A DNA stretch of 63,981 bases, counting the filler, from Ionaspis alba (taxonomy: Eukaryota): assembly GCA_964255285.1 (NCBI GenBank). It is 5 parts of 5 records of this genome, joined end to end, with 100 filler letters (N's around TTAATTAATTAA, not from the genome) between each part and the next. Parts side by side here need not be neighbours in the genome. Positions count along the whole stretch, not along the records: positions 38,743 to 51,423 come from CAXUUL010000494.1; positions 51,524 to 63,981 come from CAXUUL010000507.1; 3 more parts are not named here. One strand, written 5' to 3'. Position numbers and translations under genes: made by a program. How positions within the stretch are numbered: the first letter of the stretch is position 1; every line of letters begins with the position of its first letter. Positions 38,743 through 51,582 of the stretch are shown here, one piece after another. The notes beneath the pieces were generated by a model. That model had not been told where the DNA came from and made no database searches. It worked only from the letters and a program-made list of their open reading frames with translations.

Positions 38743-39335
38743 GTTGGAGGACTGGGGTACGAGGGGTGGGTGAAGGGGTGGAGGGGATGGGAGTTTGAGA
38801 GCGGGGGGTTGTTGGCTTCGGTGATTTCGGGGAAGTCGAGGGAGAGTGGGGTCCGTGGGTGTTGATGGTTGCGGGGGAGGGTTCGGGCTCGCCAAAGGAG
38901 GAGGTAGGTTGCTGATTGGAGGATGAGTGAGAGGAGCCAGATGGCGAAGGACGTTATGAGGATGGTCGAGGGGGTTTGGCCGACAACCGAGGCTGTTAAG
39001 TTCGAGAGGATAAATTTGGTCCAAATGAAGGTTCCTAGTGAAGCCCCGCCGGCAACGAGAGAGATAACGAGACCCAGTAGCAGATCGATTGTGTCTCGGG
39101 CACGACTTCGGTCTGGAGATGAGTATTTTGGTGTATATGACGTTGCTCGCCACAGCAACCAGGCGAGCGTGATTGAGGAAATGACCTGGAAGCCTGTGGC
39201 TGCAAAGGCCAGTATGTTGAGTGATTCATGGTTGCTGGTGAAGTATATGGCGAGAATGAGGATCAAGCTTGTTGCAGCTACTGTTGAAAGGATTGATACT
39301 GCTCCTACAACTCGGAGCATCAATCTGTATGCCAT
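38743..39335 (-). CDS. Hypothetical 4-TM membrane protein with Pro-rich tail, 3' partial
   Basis: MAYRLMLRVVGAVSILS..; four hydrophobic segments then Pro/His-rich sequence that runs into the scaffold end. Confidence 0.7.
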
Positions 39336-40617
39336 TGTGGGAAGGATGAGGTGGTGACTTCGAAGATAGCAGTTGTCCACGGCTGCAAATAGTTTTGAGA
39401 GGTATTGATGATCGTCGTCGAGATGTTCTGTATGTGCAAGCCCAATGTAATCCCCCAACTACGGTATCAACTCTTCAGGACCATAGTCCACACGTCCACG
39501 TTGTTTTGTCAATTGACGAGTGTTGTCGTGCGGGGGGTTTGAGGTGAAGGTGGAGGAGGAGAGGTGGTGCTTTGCACGAAATCAATCAATTGGTCGGACA
39601 GACACGAGACAGCAGCACGTCCGACGAGTCAATTGACTCCGTATCTTCGGGATTGAGATAGCTGTTGGTTCTTTGGTCGAGCTCGCGTGGTCGAGGGAAG
39701 CATTGGATAGGTAGAGGAGAATGTCTTTTTGCCCCCAGGCTGGCTTCGCTGTAAGGTTGATTACGGCCTGGCCCACGCGTTGTCGGTTAGGCTGGAGACC
39801 GGGATAACGCGATAGATCTCTTGCGAAAGATTGCGTCAGTGGGGGAGGGAGTGGTAGGGATGCTCATGCATTGCAACATTGAGCGTGCAGGGTCAAGGGG
39901 AGGACTCTTGAAGGCAGTGGTTCGGAATAGACGCGGTGGAAGGGGAAGGATCAAGAATAGAAAGCTGGAGTAGGACAGGGAGGATTATTGGAGAGAAATA
40001 GTAAGAGAGCTGAGAAGAAGGAATGACTAGAGATGGGAGGTAGGAAGAAGGAGAAATGAAATGATTGGATCCATCTGTCCAATACTGAGTCCGATACGGA
40101 GATTGAGGGCCTCAGTATTGATTATTGTTGTTTGATTTGCTGGACCAAGAGCCAGACCCGCACATGAAGACACGGTGCTCTTCCATCAAGGGCTCAGCCA
40201 GGCGCACGAAGTGGAGAGCATGCCTAGGATTGATGGTAACCATAGACGGGAAGATGCGCAATGTTTACCCTTGCCCTATCGGCTCACATGCGAGAAGGGA
40301 AAGCTGGGACGCGTTTCGTGCAGGCATCTAGAGCAAAAAACAGGGGGATTCGTGGAGGGTGGGCACGGAAGGAAGCGCGACAAGGCGTTTCGCGCATCAA
40401 TAGCACCTGTCAGCTTGTGGAGGTACTGTCAGAGGTAGAGAGAGTAGTAGAGAGGCCGCAGTGCGGGTGAGGTTGACAGACACTCGGGACTAGTTGTTCT
40501 ATGCGATGGAAGTGAGGGTGTGTTGCGGTTGTGTTGCGGTTGTGTTCCCGACTGTCGGATCCTGGTTTGAGTCTGGATTGCAAATCATGAGACAACGCTG
40601 CTAGTAGTCGTAGTCCC

Positions 40618-40717
40618 NNNNNNNNNNNNNNNNNNNNNNNNNNNNNNNNNNNNNNNNNNNNNNNNNNNNNNNNNNNNNNNNNNNNNNNNNNNNNNNNNNN
40701 NNNNNNNNNNNNNNNNN
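40618..40717. other. Intra-scaffold 100-N gap
   Basis: Plain N run. Confidence 0.95.
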
Positions 40718-42054
40718 CTTCAACCATTTTAGTCCTTTGCAACGTCCGAGTATTCCTGCCGAGATTGTTCCACCACCTCCTAACATTAAAAGGGTCCATC
40801 CATCCATCAGCCGGGACTATTTGCTAAATAAGTGACTAATTAACAACAACAATGGCCATTTCAATGCATTTTGAATATGATCGCCAACACGAACCAATCG
40901 TTCATACCGCCTGGCTGGGAAAGTCTAGGATCTGCCTTCTTGTCTTGACTCAATTCGGAGAATTATGGAGCTGATGTCGAAGGGTCGACCTGGGAGACTG
41001 TCTCCATTGATTATGCGCGGAGGTCAATGCATCCGTACCAATTCAGCTGTGCTTTTAGAGTCTATCAATTGGAGATTAGACTCAATATTGTGATATCATG
41101 GTTCGCATAAGCTTCACAACGCGTCACAGTGGAGTGTAAACCAAATGACTGTTGAGATTCAATCGCTTAACATAATACTAGGGAGTTCTATGTCTAGGGT
41201 TTCGGATCTATCACTCGTCAATATCGGTGTCCTACTCTCCTTCCAGATTCTATCAGATTAAGGACTTAAAGGAAGGGATATCGATAGCAGTCCCCTCGCG
41301 CGGAGAAGCTGCACTCATGGTCATAGCCGGCGCACTCTCTGTAGCAAGATCGCATGACGAAGGAGGCCGCCTGCAGGCGTAGAAAGATGCAGGTTCGACA
41401 GAGATCATGTGATGTCCCAGAAACGGTATTTTTGACAAATGTTCCAATCTCGGGCATGTCAGACGTCGTGAACACGATGGAAGCATGGCTTTGTTATGTA
41501 GTTCCCTGATTGGAACATTCCACTGGAGCCAACAATTTGTCGTCCTTGGTGTAGACTCTTGCAAAAGGTCTGTCAGACACTGTGGTCCAGAAACAACAAC
41601 GCCCAAGTGGAACACGCTGCCCTTCTCCAGATATGACTGTGAATAAGACACAATTACTAGCGAAAAGAAACCCCAGAGCCTGCCGCAACCGATTACAGCC
41701 AATATCAGAAAATGGGTTCTATGACCACGGCATGCTAATGAACTGAATTTGATCTCCCTTGAGTGTTGTGAAATAATATCACAGATGTGCATGAGTCGAA
41801 AAATTGACAGATTCGGACAGGTGCATTTCGCTTGGCTCGAAATGCTTGGCAGGCCGATTCATGCTTCTTAGAGCTTCTTCACAAGGCATCTATCTCCGTC
41901 ATCCCGCCACAACATCATTCATCTATCTTCTTCACCCGGATACAGCATCTCTCAGACCTCTACATACCAGAGAACTACAATCAAAGCAACACATATAAGA
42001 GAACCGGTTCCTAGAAGACATTTTCACCAATTTCTATTCGAGCAGTGGGGCAAA

Positions 42055-43701
42055 ATGAAGCTCACCTTCAAAGTTCGTCAACGGTCTTGCCTGCTCTCTG
42101 TTCTGCTTGAGACTAACATTCACCTTCTCTACAGGACCTCAAACAGCAGAAATTTGTGATAGAAGCTGAACCATCAGAGACTGTAAGAGATCTGAGATAG
42201 CTACTTCAACTGCTGCCACAACAGAGCAAGCTCTAGCGCTTCGATACAATTTGGAGAGCTAACTTCCCTTCTCGCCAACAGATCGGCGATGTGAAGGCGA
42301 AGATCTCGAGTGAAAAGGGATGGGAGCCGAGTCAGCAGAAGCTCATCTACTCTGGTACGTTCAAAATGCCGTTCATCTAGGATAATAGCAACCATCTCAA
42401 GAATTACCTCTCAAGCTCTCCGAATCATGTCTTCGCACATCACATGCTGATGGCTATCATTCAATACAGGAAAGATCCTTCAAGATGCCAATACCGTCGA
42501 GTCTTACAAGATCGAAGAGAAGGGATTCATAGTATGCATGGTTCAAAAGGTACATCACATCATACTCGTGGCAAAGGCTACAAACCACTCATACTTCTCC
42601 AGCCAAAACCCGCCCCAGCAAGCTCGACCGCCGCTTCCTCATCAGCACAAGCTCCCTCCACCCCAGCTCCACCCGTTGCATCAACACCAGCACCACCCGC
42701 GGCCCCATCACCAGCTCCAAGTAGCGCAGTCGGCAATATCCCAGCCACCCCTTCACCCGCTCCGGCCGCAGCATCAACACCATCCACCGACTCCGCCAGT
42801 TTCAACGACCCCTCAGCCCTGGCCCTCGGCTCCTCACGCGCAGCCGCCATCGCAGACATGGAAAGCATGGGCTTCGAGCGGGCACAAATCGATCGAGCCA
42901 TGCGAGCCGCCTTCAACAATCCCGACCGCGCTGTCGAGTATCTTCTCAACGGCATCCCCGAGAACACCCAGCAACAAGAAGCGCCCCGCGCAGCACCCAG
43001 ACAGCCTGCGCCCAGTAGCGGTGGGGCAGCTCCAGCCGGTCAAACAACCGGCACCACCGCTGCAACCGGCTCCGCCGATCCCACTGCTGGCGACGCGGGC
43101 GACGAACCTATCAACCTCTTCGAAGCCGCCGCCCAAGCAGGCCGCTCCGGCGGCGGCGGCGGCACCCGTGGCGGCGCACGTGCAACCCCCGGCAGCATGA
43201 TCCCCGGTCTCGAAGGTCTCACCGCTGGAGCCGGAGCTGGAACCGGAGCCGGAGGTGCGGCGGGTGGTGGTCTCGGCAATTTGGAGTTCCTGCGATCGAA
43301 CCCGCAATTCCAGCAGCTGCGCCAGATTGTGCAGACGCAGCCACGAATGTTGGAGCCGATTTTGCAGCAAGTCGGTGCGGGGAATCCCCAGCTGGCACAG
43401 CTCATTGGGCAGAATCCGGATCAGTTTTTGCAGCTTTTGAGTGAGGATGCGGATGAGGATGCGCCGTTGCCGCCGGGGGCGCAGACGGTTAGTGTGACGG
43501 AGGAGGAGAGGGAGGCTATTGAGAGGGTGAGTTTTGCTTTGCTTTTGAGATGGGTGTGTGGAGGGCTGACTGGTGTTGTAGTTATGTCGTCTGGGCTTTG
43601 AGAGGGACCTTGTTATTCAGGCTTATTTTGCTTGCGACAAGAATGAGGAACTGGCGGCGAATTTCTTATTCGATCAACCTCCTGACGAAGATGACGCTTA
43701 G
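42055..43701 (+). CDS. RAD23: UV excision repair / proteasome shuttle protein Rad23
   Basis: UBL MKLTFK-DLKQQKF..QKLIYSGKIL; UBA1 [30 protein letters not shown]-binding [17 protein letters not shown]2 [18 protein letters not shown]; five introns. Confidence 0.97.
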
Positions 43702-43966
43702 TTGGACCGTGGGGGTATTTGATCGAATGGAAATGGAGCCGTTCTTATCTGTTTGACTCTTGCATGGTCTGACGAAGACACTGTGATGTAGGCATGCTCT
43801 CTTGTTTGAGCCAACGATGGTCCTTTCGGCTGTGATCAGGCCGCTTGAAGTCTTGTACTTGTGGATTCTCTCTCTCCCTCCTACTTCCCTACTAGTTGTA
43901 GTGGGGGTATTGCCACGCGAGGCAATAGATAGCTACAATGTAATGGAAAACAGGCCAAATTAACTC

Positions 43967-44066
43967 NNNNNNNNNNNNNNNNNNNNNNNNNNNNNNNNNN
44001 NNNNNNNNNNNNNNNNNNNNNNNNNNNNNNNNNNNNNNNNNNNNNNNNNNNNNNNNNNNNNNNNNN
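43967..44066. other. Intra-scaffold 100-N gap
   Basis: Plain N run. Confidence 0.95.
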
Positions 44067-44382
44067 CTCAACCTGTACTACCGCCAAATATCGTGCTCTC
44101 TCACGTTATCAGCGCCTTCGAATCCTTAGATCTAGGAGGACGGACACTCTTCTCGATTAATACCGTAAAGAGGTTAACGTCTTCTCATGATCGTATAAAT
44201 GAACAGCGTGACGATGAAGAGGAACGAGAGAAGTATGTACCAGCGCCACAGTTTGATTGCACTATTTCATACCAATCAACACGGCCGGGTCCACCTGTAG
44301 TATCATGTCTAACTTTCTGTTTCCGAGTCTCCTGGTCCCGCGCAAGCTTCTCCCACCACAACACCAAAACGCCCCAACCCAC

Positions 44383-46378
44383 CTACTGTCTCCCAGCCTC
44401 CCTCCTCAACCTACTCGCCGCCGTCGTCACACTAGTATCCGGCCAGCTCGCCACTGCATCCTCGACCTCCTCCAAAAAAGTCGTACTATTCTGGATACTC
44501 GTCCCGCCCAACACAACTCTCACACCCGGAGAACTAGCATTCATCTGCGCCACCATCTTCGCCTCCTCGTACGTCGCTCCACCAACCATAAAAACCACAA
44601 CATCCTGCGCCTTGTCCCTGGTAGTTCCTCCACCTTCGACGAAAGGGTACTGTGTCTCCTTGAGCTTACCTTTGATCAGATTCTGCAGCGTGACTTCCAG
44701 TCGGGGGGAGTGCTGCGTGTAGACGTTCTCGACGCCTTTGAGTCCTTTGAGTCGGTCTCTGGCGCCGGAGAAGATCGAGGCGGACTCGAACATATCGGAG
44801 AAGCCGCCTGCGACGGGAGAGGCTTGCAGGGAGTGGTGGTAGGTGAGGAGTTTGTTGACTAGGGCGATGCGGTTTTGTGGGACGTCGCCGGCGATTCCGA
44901 GCAGGTCGAGGAGGGTGGCGAGGGCGTTGGAGGGGTGTTTTTCGTAGCGGAGGGAGTATAGGGCTACGAGGCGCAATTTATTGTCGGGTGGGGTTTCGGG
45001 TGACTGGATGAGTCTCTGTAGGGTCTGTTCGGACTGTCAGTGACACCTTACCAATAACTGGTCTGGCGAGGAAGCACTTGCCTTGAGGTCTGCAGCATGG
45101 TTGTCGTTACAGGCTAGACTTTGCTCTAGCTCGCTCACATCTAATAGATTGTCCGTACCAACTCGTCTGCTGAGTTCTCCAACTAGCGTAACGTGCTTGC
45201 TGACATTACCGGACAGCTTCCTGAACTCTGGGAAGTCTTCGACGAAACGCTTCATGTCCTCAATTGAATCAATGTTGGCATTGCTTTTGGTCTTTGACTG
45301 ATACTGCTCCACGTATTCCTTGATGCTGCCACCAAGATCACCGAAATTGAGATACATATTCTTTTTGAAGAATGGATCCTGGTCCTGAGAGAGAACGATT
45401 TCCTTAAGCTCCGGTCTAATATCCGAGACGTCATGCAAGTCTACTCTGCCATTGAAGATTCCGAGCTCTTCGTGGACCATTGCCTGGTATGTCCATTGTG
45501 TGAGAAGAGGAGTGATAGGGTCATCTCTGCGGTCGAGGATGAGGAGTATGGGTGGTGTGTCCGTTTTCCGGAAGTCGAACAATTGCTCTTCTTGAGTCAT
45601 TTGATATCTTATCTCAGTGGCGAGCTTCTTAGACATCAGGCTGTTCTTCTCGAATCGTATCAGTGGCTTCTTCTTCAGAGATAAAAGCAGCGCAATGACA
45701 CCCTCGGTAGCTCGTTGCAAGGAGTCGGGGTTCCATATGTCCGGACTGTGACTCCAGAGACGCTGCCTCGGAAACCCCAGATTCAGTGTAAAGAGGTCCG
45801 GGTTGACCACGAGATAGTCTGCAAAATATTCCTGGACACTTTTGACAACCTCATTGTCGTCCGCTTCTGCCAGTCGTTCAAGAGACGATTTGCGAATAAT
45901 GTTACTAAAGTCTACCTGTACATATGAGCTCCCGTTCTTGCACCGGACAGGTAACACTACTCACAAATCATGTATTCGCCGTATTTTGGCATCCGAAGCT
46001 CTTCGATGAGCTGCTGTACCGAATCGGGAGAAGGCCGTACAAAGCAGAGACACCGAAGGTGTCGCATTTTCTCCCTCGCAACATTGTCGAGTCGACTAGA
46101 GGCACCAGTCAGGATGGGAGAAGCGGTATCAGCTTGAGATTCTTACTCAATAAGGTAGACCTCGTGATTGAGAAGAGCGGACTGCGTAATGGCTGTTGAT
46201 ACTATCGATACCTAGGCTCCAGTCAGACCCTATTCTACATAGATAATATTTCCTAGACTCGCACTGTCTCACTGTCTAGCAAGAGAATCTTCATCTTTGC
46301 AGAAGACGATCCGGTGGAGCTGTCGCCGGCTGTCACCATCTTGGTGAGGTAGCCTGCAATGGCCTGACAGCAATCCAT
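44383..46378 (-). CDS. VPS45: Sec1/Munc18 family protein Vps45
   Basis: MKILLLDSET, REKMRHLRCLCFVRP, DRRDDPITPLLTQWTYQAM, ENVYTQHSP, VGGATYEE; four introns including GC-AG 45025..45081. Confidence 0.96.
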
Positions 46379-46753
46379 GGTGATAGGCTCAAGCAGGAGG
46401 AGAGCTGCAGGTGTTTACAGTGTAATGCCGAGGTTGGCTATGAAACGTCCGCATCGATCTATATGAAGGAGCTGCAGGAACATTGCAGGAGTCCTTGTGA
46501 TCCTGACATGCGGAGGTAGACGATGTCTTGCAGTAAGTAGTAAGGGAGCAGTTGGAGGTGGTATCATAGGGCTGAAGCTTGTCTGCAGAGTAACCCCATG
46601 ATCAGAGTCAACAGACCTATGTATTGTGTGCCTCAAGAATGGTTCATGGCGGTAGGTAGTCTATGGGAGTAGTTGTTTGTCTCACAATACAGCTTCATCA
46701 TTCTCATGGCTCCATGATCAAATCATCCATCAATTTTGACCTCCAAATCAGCA

Positions 46754-48770
46754 ATGCTGCCCTATATTAACATTCGTGAGTCCCCCTTGCCATGTACCTA
46801 GAACCTGTCTGAAATGAACAGCCTTCGAGCATGCCGCGGGCATCACCGGAGCATCGGTGGATGAGAGTAAGTGCCTAGTATCTCGTCGATGTGCAAGCAG
46901 CTCATAGACCTTAGTCAAGCTCATTACATCGTTCCTCCTGTCGTACCCTCTAGCGGGTGTTCTAAAACGTATACCTGATGCAAAACCATATCAAAAGAAC
47001 CTTTTTATAATAGGGCAAGTGTCTTTTCCCGGTATTATTAGATCTTGTTCTACTAACACTTGACTAAGTGTATCTCTTTTCTACCTTGTTGGTCTTTTCG
47101 ACCTCTGGACTGGAATCCGCACTCTTTTCATAAGTTCTGCTGGAGCATATCTTATTGCAGCTTTCGTCGAGGGACCGTTAATGCCATGGATCGGATTCGT
47201 GTTCTTAATGGGACATATGTCGATTAACCATATCAAACGGCAATTCATCAATGCGCCAGAGAAGGTCGACATTACCGGCAAGTCACACATTTGTTCTAAT
47301 CCTCCACTCTTTCTGACATATTGCTCTTTAGGAGCTCAAATGGTGCTAGTCATGAAGGTATGTCGCCTGCAACGTCTATAATTGCTCGTACCCTGCTGAC
47401 GGGTCAGCTCACGGCGTTCTGTTGGAATGTTCAAGACGGGAGGCTGCCAGAGAAGGACCTCGTTGACGTTCAGAAAGAACGTGCGATTCGGCAGCTTCCC
47501 AGTCTGCTTGATTTCGCCGGCTATGTGGTGAGGACATTGATTGTGGTGTTTCCCAGCTCCACCACTTTCTAACACCGGCCAGCTCTTCTTTCCCTCCCTA
47601 TTTGCAGGCCCATCGTTTGATTACGTGGATTATCGACAATGGATTGAGACAAGCATGTTCGAACTCCCAGTAGGAACGGATCCACTTCACGCTCCACGTA
47701 CGAAAAAGAAGCGTAGAATACCTCGGAGTGGCACACCAGCCACGATCAAAGCTGTGGCCGGTCTTCTCTGGATCTTCTTATTTCTCAAATTCGGTGCTTG
47801 GTACAACACGGACTTGGTTCTCGGCGACCAGTACATGCGGTATGGCTTCTTCCGTCGAGTTTGGATCCTGCAGATGCTTGGATTCTCAACTCGGCTCAAG
47901 TACTATGGAGTTTGGGCGCTCACCGAAGGTGCATGCATCCTGTCCGGTTTGGGCTACAAAGGCATTGATCCGCAAACAAAGCAAGTCCGGTGGGACAGGT
48001 TGGAGAACGTCAATCCATGGGGTATCGAGTTTGCGCAGAATTCTCGGGCCTATCTTGAGAATTGGAATAAGAATACCAATAACTGGCTGAGGAATTACAT
48101 GTACCTAAGAGTGACGCCGAAGGGCAAGAAACCCGGTTTCAGAGCTAGTTTGGCTACATTCACTACAAGTGCCTTCTGGCATGGCTTCTACCCAGGATAT
48201 TATCTGAGCTTCGTGCTCGCAGCATTCCTGCAGACTGTCGCCAAAAGTCAGTGATTCTATCCCCCTTCTTTCGATATTCTGACCGCAACAGATTTTCGAC
48301 GTCATGTGCGGCCGTTCTTTCTTACCCCAGACGGCACACGGCCAACCAAATATAAGCCATATTACGATTTCTTCAGCTACATTGCCACACAAGCTGTATT
48401 CTCGTTCACCACTGCGCCGTTTGTGCTCCTTACTCTACCAGGATCACTACTGGTATGGTCACGCGTCTACTTCTACGCTATTATTGGCGTTGCGGTGTCA
48501 ATGGTTTTCTTCGCATCACCGGGCAAGGCCTGGTTAATCAATAAGCTGAACAAAAGAAGTCATCCTTCGCTCCAGCGATCCGCTAGCCAAGAAACAATCA
48601 GCCAACCTCTAATGGGATTGCCGAGTGACCCTCAACGCGACATAGACGAGGCCGTGAAGGAGATCAAGGAAGAGGTCGAATTAAGGAGGCGAAGGGGAAC
48701 GAGCGTCAGTATGCCTCAAGGTATTGAGCTAAAACATGCGGTAGAAGACAAGTTGGGGAAGAAGCTGTAA
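46754..48770 (+). CDS. ALE1: MBOAT lysophospholipid acyltransferase
   Basis: VDITGAQMVLVMKL, FAGPSFDY, KYYGVW, WNKNTNNWLRNYMYLR, catalytic SAFWHGFYPGYY; seven introns, two GC-AG. Confidence 0.93.
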
Positions 48771-48932
48771 GCTGTTGGTTGCAATTTTTGCAAGCCTGTC
48801 ATCTACTCCGGCGATAAGCCTAGGATTGAGCAAGGATCTAGCTTAACAGTCCAACATTAATGCTTTTTGATGGTCATGGTGTGACCAAGTACATAGTCCA
48901 AAGTGTCCTCGACCCTATACCACTGACATATG

Positions 48933-50490
48933 CTAGCTGAACAACAGTCGGGAGGCCTCCTCGGGATCAAAATCCATATGCTGTTGCTCATTCCTTTGTT
49001 CTCGTCTGCGATCCGCAACAGCGGAGGGACTCAGTTTTTCGGATGTACTGATCCTCTTCTGCCTGTCCGGGTTCCGCTGGCTCTTCAGCAGACTTTTGTG
49101 CTGCTTACTTTTCAGATGCTGCTCCCAATCCTTTTCAGTCGTAACTGTGACTTGGCAGAGCTCGCACGATTGAGTCCGAACTACCGTCTCCCGATCAGGT
49201 TCATCCGAGCTCAATATAGCAGCTGACACTTTTGAGATCCCCAAAGGACTAGGCAGCGGCCTTCCTGACAGAAATCCCTCAGTCAAGACCTCCGCTACAT
49301 CCTCCACGGCCTCCGACCATGTCTTCAAGTCACTTCCATCGAGGAGGAACATCTTGTCCGCAGAGTTTGCTCCCCTTATTTCTTGCAAAAGTCTCAAGCG
49401 TATCCATCGTATTTGGCTTTTGGCATACTGACGCGTGGCAGCTTTCATTTGTTCCGTACATTGTTCCTTCAGTTGCTGTAGTCGTACTCGGTCGGACCCA
49501 CCCCGAAGCGCTTCAAAGTATTCGCCGAACTCTTTGTAACCGATTGCAACCCAGATGCCTCGGGTTGTATCAACAGCAGCTCCTGTCTCGCTTTGCTTGC
49601 GACGGAATGCCTCCATGGATTCTATCTCTTGCAGCAGACCACCATTAATCATTCCGTCCACTCGTTTGTTCAGTCGCTCTCTCAAGACGTCAAGGTCCGA
49701 GTAGACCCATAAGAGTAGAGTATCATATCGTAGGAGCGACGCAGGCTTCAAGCCCACCGCAGGAGACTCCAACGTCTGTATAGGAGCACTGTCCAGCTTA
49801 GAGACTTCACTTTCCCTTTCAGGTCGGCACTTCCCATTCCGCTGCTCCGCATAAGTCTCTGAAGCTCTCTTGCCAGTCTGAAGCCAGATTTCCAAGCTTC
49901 GTCGAATCTTCCTAACGTCCTTGGGATGCCATCTCGCGGCCATGACCGGGTCCACCTTCTGCAATTCTCCGTACATCTCTGCACCGCTTGCTGCCAATAT
50001 CGGCCATTTTTTCTCCTGCTCTGCAACCGGTAGCCATCTGTCGTTTGGATTGAGCACACTCTCTGTGAAGAGGAGTGACTGGGTGTAGTAATGGGTTCCG
50101 CCCACAAGTATAGGCAGTTTTCCTCTCGATCTGATCTCGGCAATGGTCGTTCGAGCCTCTTCGACAAATTTACCCACAGTCCAGGTCTCTTCTTCGAGGC
50201 CGATGCATCCCAACAAATGGTGTGGGATGCCCTTTCTCTCATCCTGGGAGATTTTGTTCGTTGCTATCGGCAGGCCGTTATAAAGCTGCACTGCATCGCC
50301 ATTAACGATTTCTCCATTGAATCGGGTAGCTAATGCGACAGCCAGCTTTCTCTCATCAGCACTCTATCTCCAAGGTAATCATAGGGCGTACTTGGGATTT
50401 GCCTGTGCCTGTGGCACCGACAATGGCTACGAGAGGTTGTCGTGGCGTCGCATGAGACATCGTGACTCTTCGAGCCGCAGACCGTAGCAT
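48933..50490 (-). CDS. MOD5: tRNA dimethylallyl(isopentenyl)transferase
   Basis: P-loop VGATGTGKS, LYNGLPIATNK, VGGTHYY, IGYKEF, TRQYAKSQ, C-terminal Zn finger CELC..HLKSKQH; intron 50346..50391; in-frame ATGs at 50490 and 50460. Confidence 0.93.
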
Positions 50491-50814
50491 TGAGCTGTGT
50501 ACATGGTCTATTACGTTTAGAGCGAGTAGTCGTATGACCTGGCCAAGGTCTGAAGCGGAGAAGGTGTTTGATGCAAAGACGAGAATGAAGTCAGAAGGCC
50601 CTTAGAACTAGTGTCCGCATCTGCCGCTTACGCAGGGTCTGGAATGTTTGGACCATCTGTGCGTCATTAGAGACGTTCAGCAACCAAATTGAATTATTGG
50701 ACTTGGATTTTTGAATATCGATGACGGTGGTGTCATTGTTCTACATTTACATTTCCCATTGTTCTACAAAAGTTCCAAGTCCTTGATCCTATCTCTAGCC
50801 ACATAAGACTCTCG

Positions 50815-51423
50815 ATGTCAAATACCAATGGAGATTTGGAAGAGATATCTCCTTACATCGATGTCAAGAAACTGTCCTATGCCTTCCCAGATGGTTCTTC
50901 CGGTCTTCAGGATGTCATACTCAACCTTCCAGCCGGGAGCCGTACTTTATTGATAGGAGGTATGATGAGTTGATGTCTCTTTACTCTACCAACTGTATTT
51001 GATCTTTCCCTATTTCGTCTTGATTCATTTGATATTCAGTGAACTTCCATTTGCATTCTCCTCGATCATGTCCTCTTCTGAACCGCTTTCTGAGCTGCCT
51101 GTACAAGATCTGACGCATGAGCACAGCCAATGGTGCTGGAAAAACGACTCTCCTCCGTCTGCTCTCCGGCAAGCGGCTTGCCCCGACTGGCACTGTCAGT
51201 ATCGCCGGCATTGACCCTTTCAAATCCGGTCTCGAAGGCGTCACCTACCTCGGTCTTGAATGGGTTCTAAATCCCATCGTCCGCACCGACATCGACGTGC
51301 CTACTCTCCTAGCTTCCGTGGGCGGGAACCACTACTCAAACCGGCGGGACGAGCTTGTTCAAATCCTTGATATCGACCTTGCATGGAGGATGCACGCTGT
51401 CAGCGATGGCGAGAGACGGCGTG
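50815..51423 (+). CDS. CAF16: Soluble ABC ATPase Caf16, 3' partial
   Basis: [21 protein letters not shown]alker A across intron 50960..51126; [19 protein letters not shown] signature. Confidence 0.88.
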
Positions 51424-51523
51424 NNNNNNNNNNNNNNNNNNNNNNNNNNNNNNNNNNNNNNNNNNNNTTAATTAATTAANNNNNNNNNNNNNNNNNNNNN
51501 NNNNNNNNNNNNNNNNNNNNNNN
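51424..51523. other. Artificial scaffold spacer
   Basis: 44N+TTAATTAATTAA+44N. Confidence 0.97.
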
Positions 51524-51582
51524 GAGGCGGAGGCGGCTGCCTTGGGGGTTTGTTTAGGGGCTTTGCGCAGGGTCGGTGCCAT
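51524..51582 (-). CDS. 5' fragment of unknown gene (MAPTLRKAPKQTPKAAASA...)
   Basis: ATG in good context (accatcgaaATGG) after a ~250-nt pyrimidine-rich leader and a TATATAA at ~51831-51837; truncated by scaffold end. Confidence 0.5.

Noticed and set aside
42538..44862. Long alternative-frame and antisense ORFs over RAD23 and VPS45 (also VPS13, MTC1, GLC8)
   Set aside because: Explained by stop-codon depletion in the GC-rich skew islands; no independent coding signal.
12890..51479. TTAATTAATTAA recurring every ~12.8 kb as a biological periodic repeat or CRISPR-like array
   Set aside because: Always embedded in 44N+44N; it is an assembly spacer joining size-sorted scaffolds.
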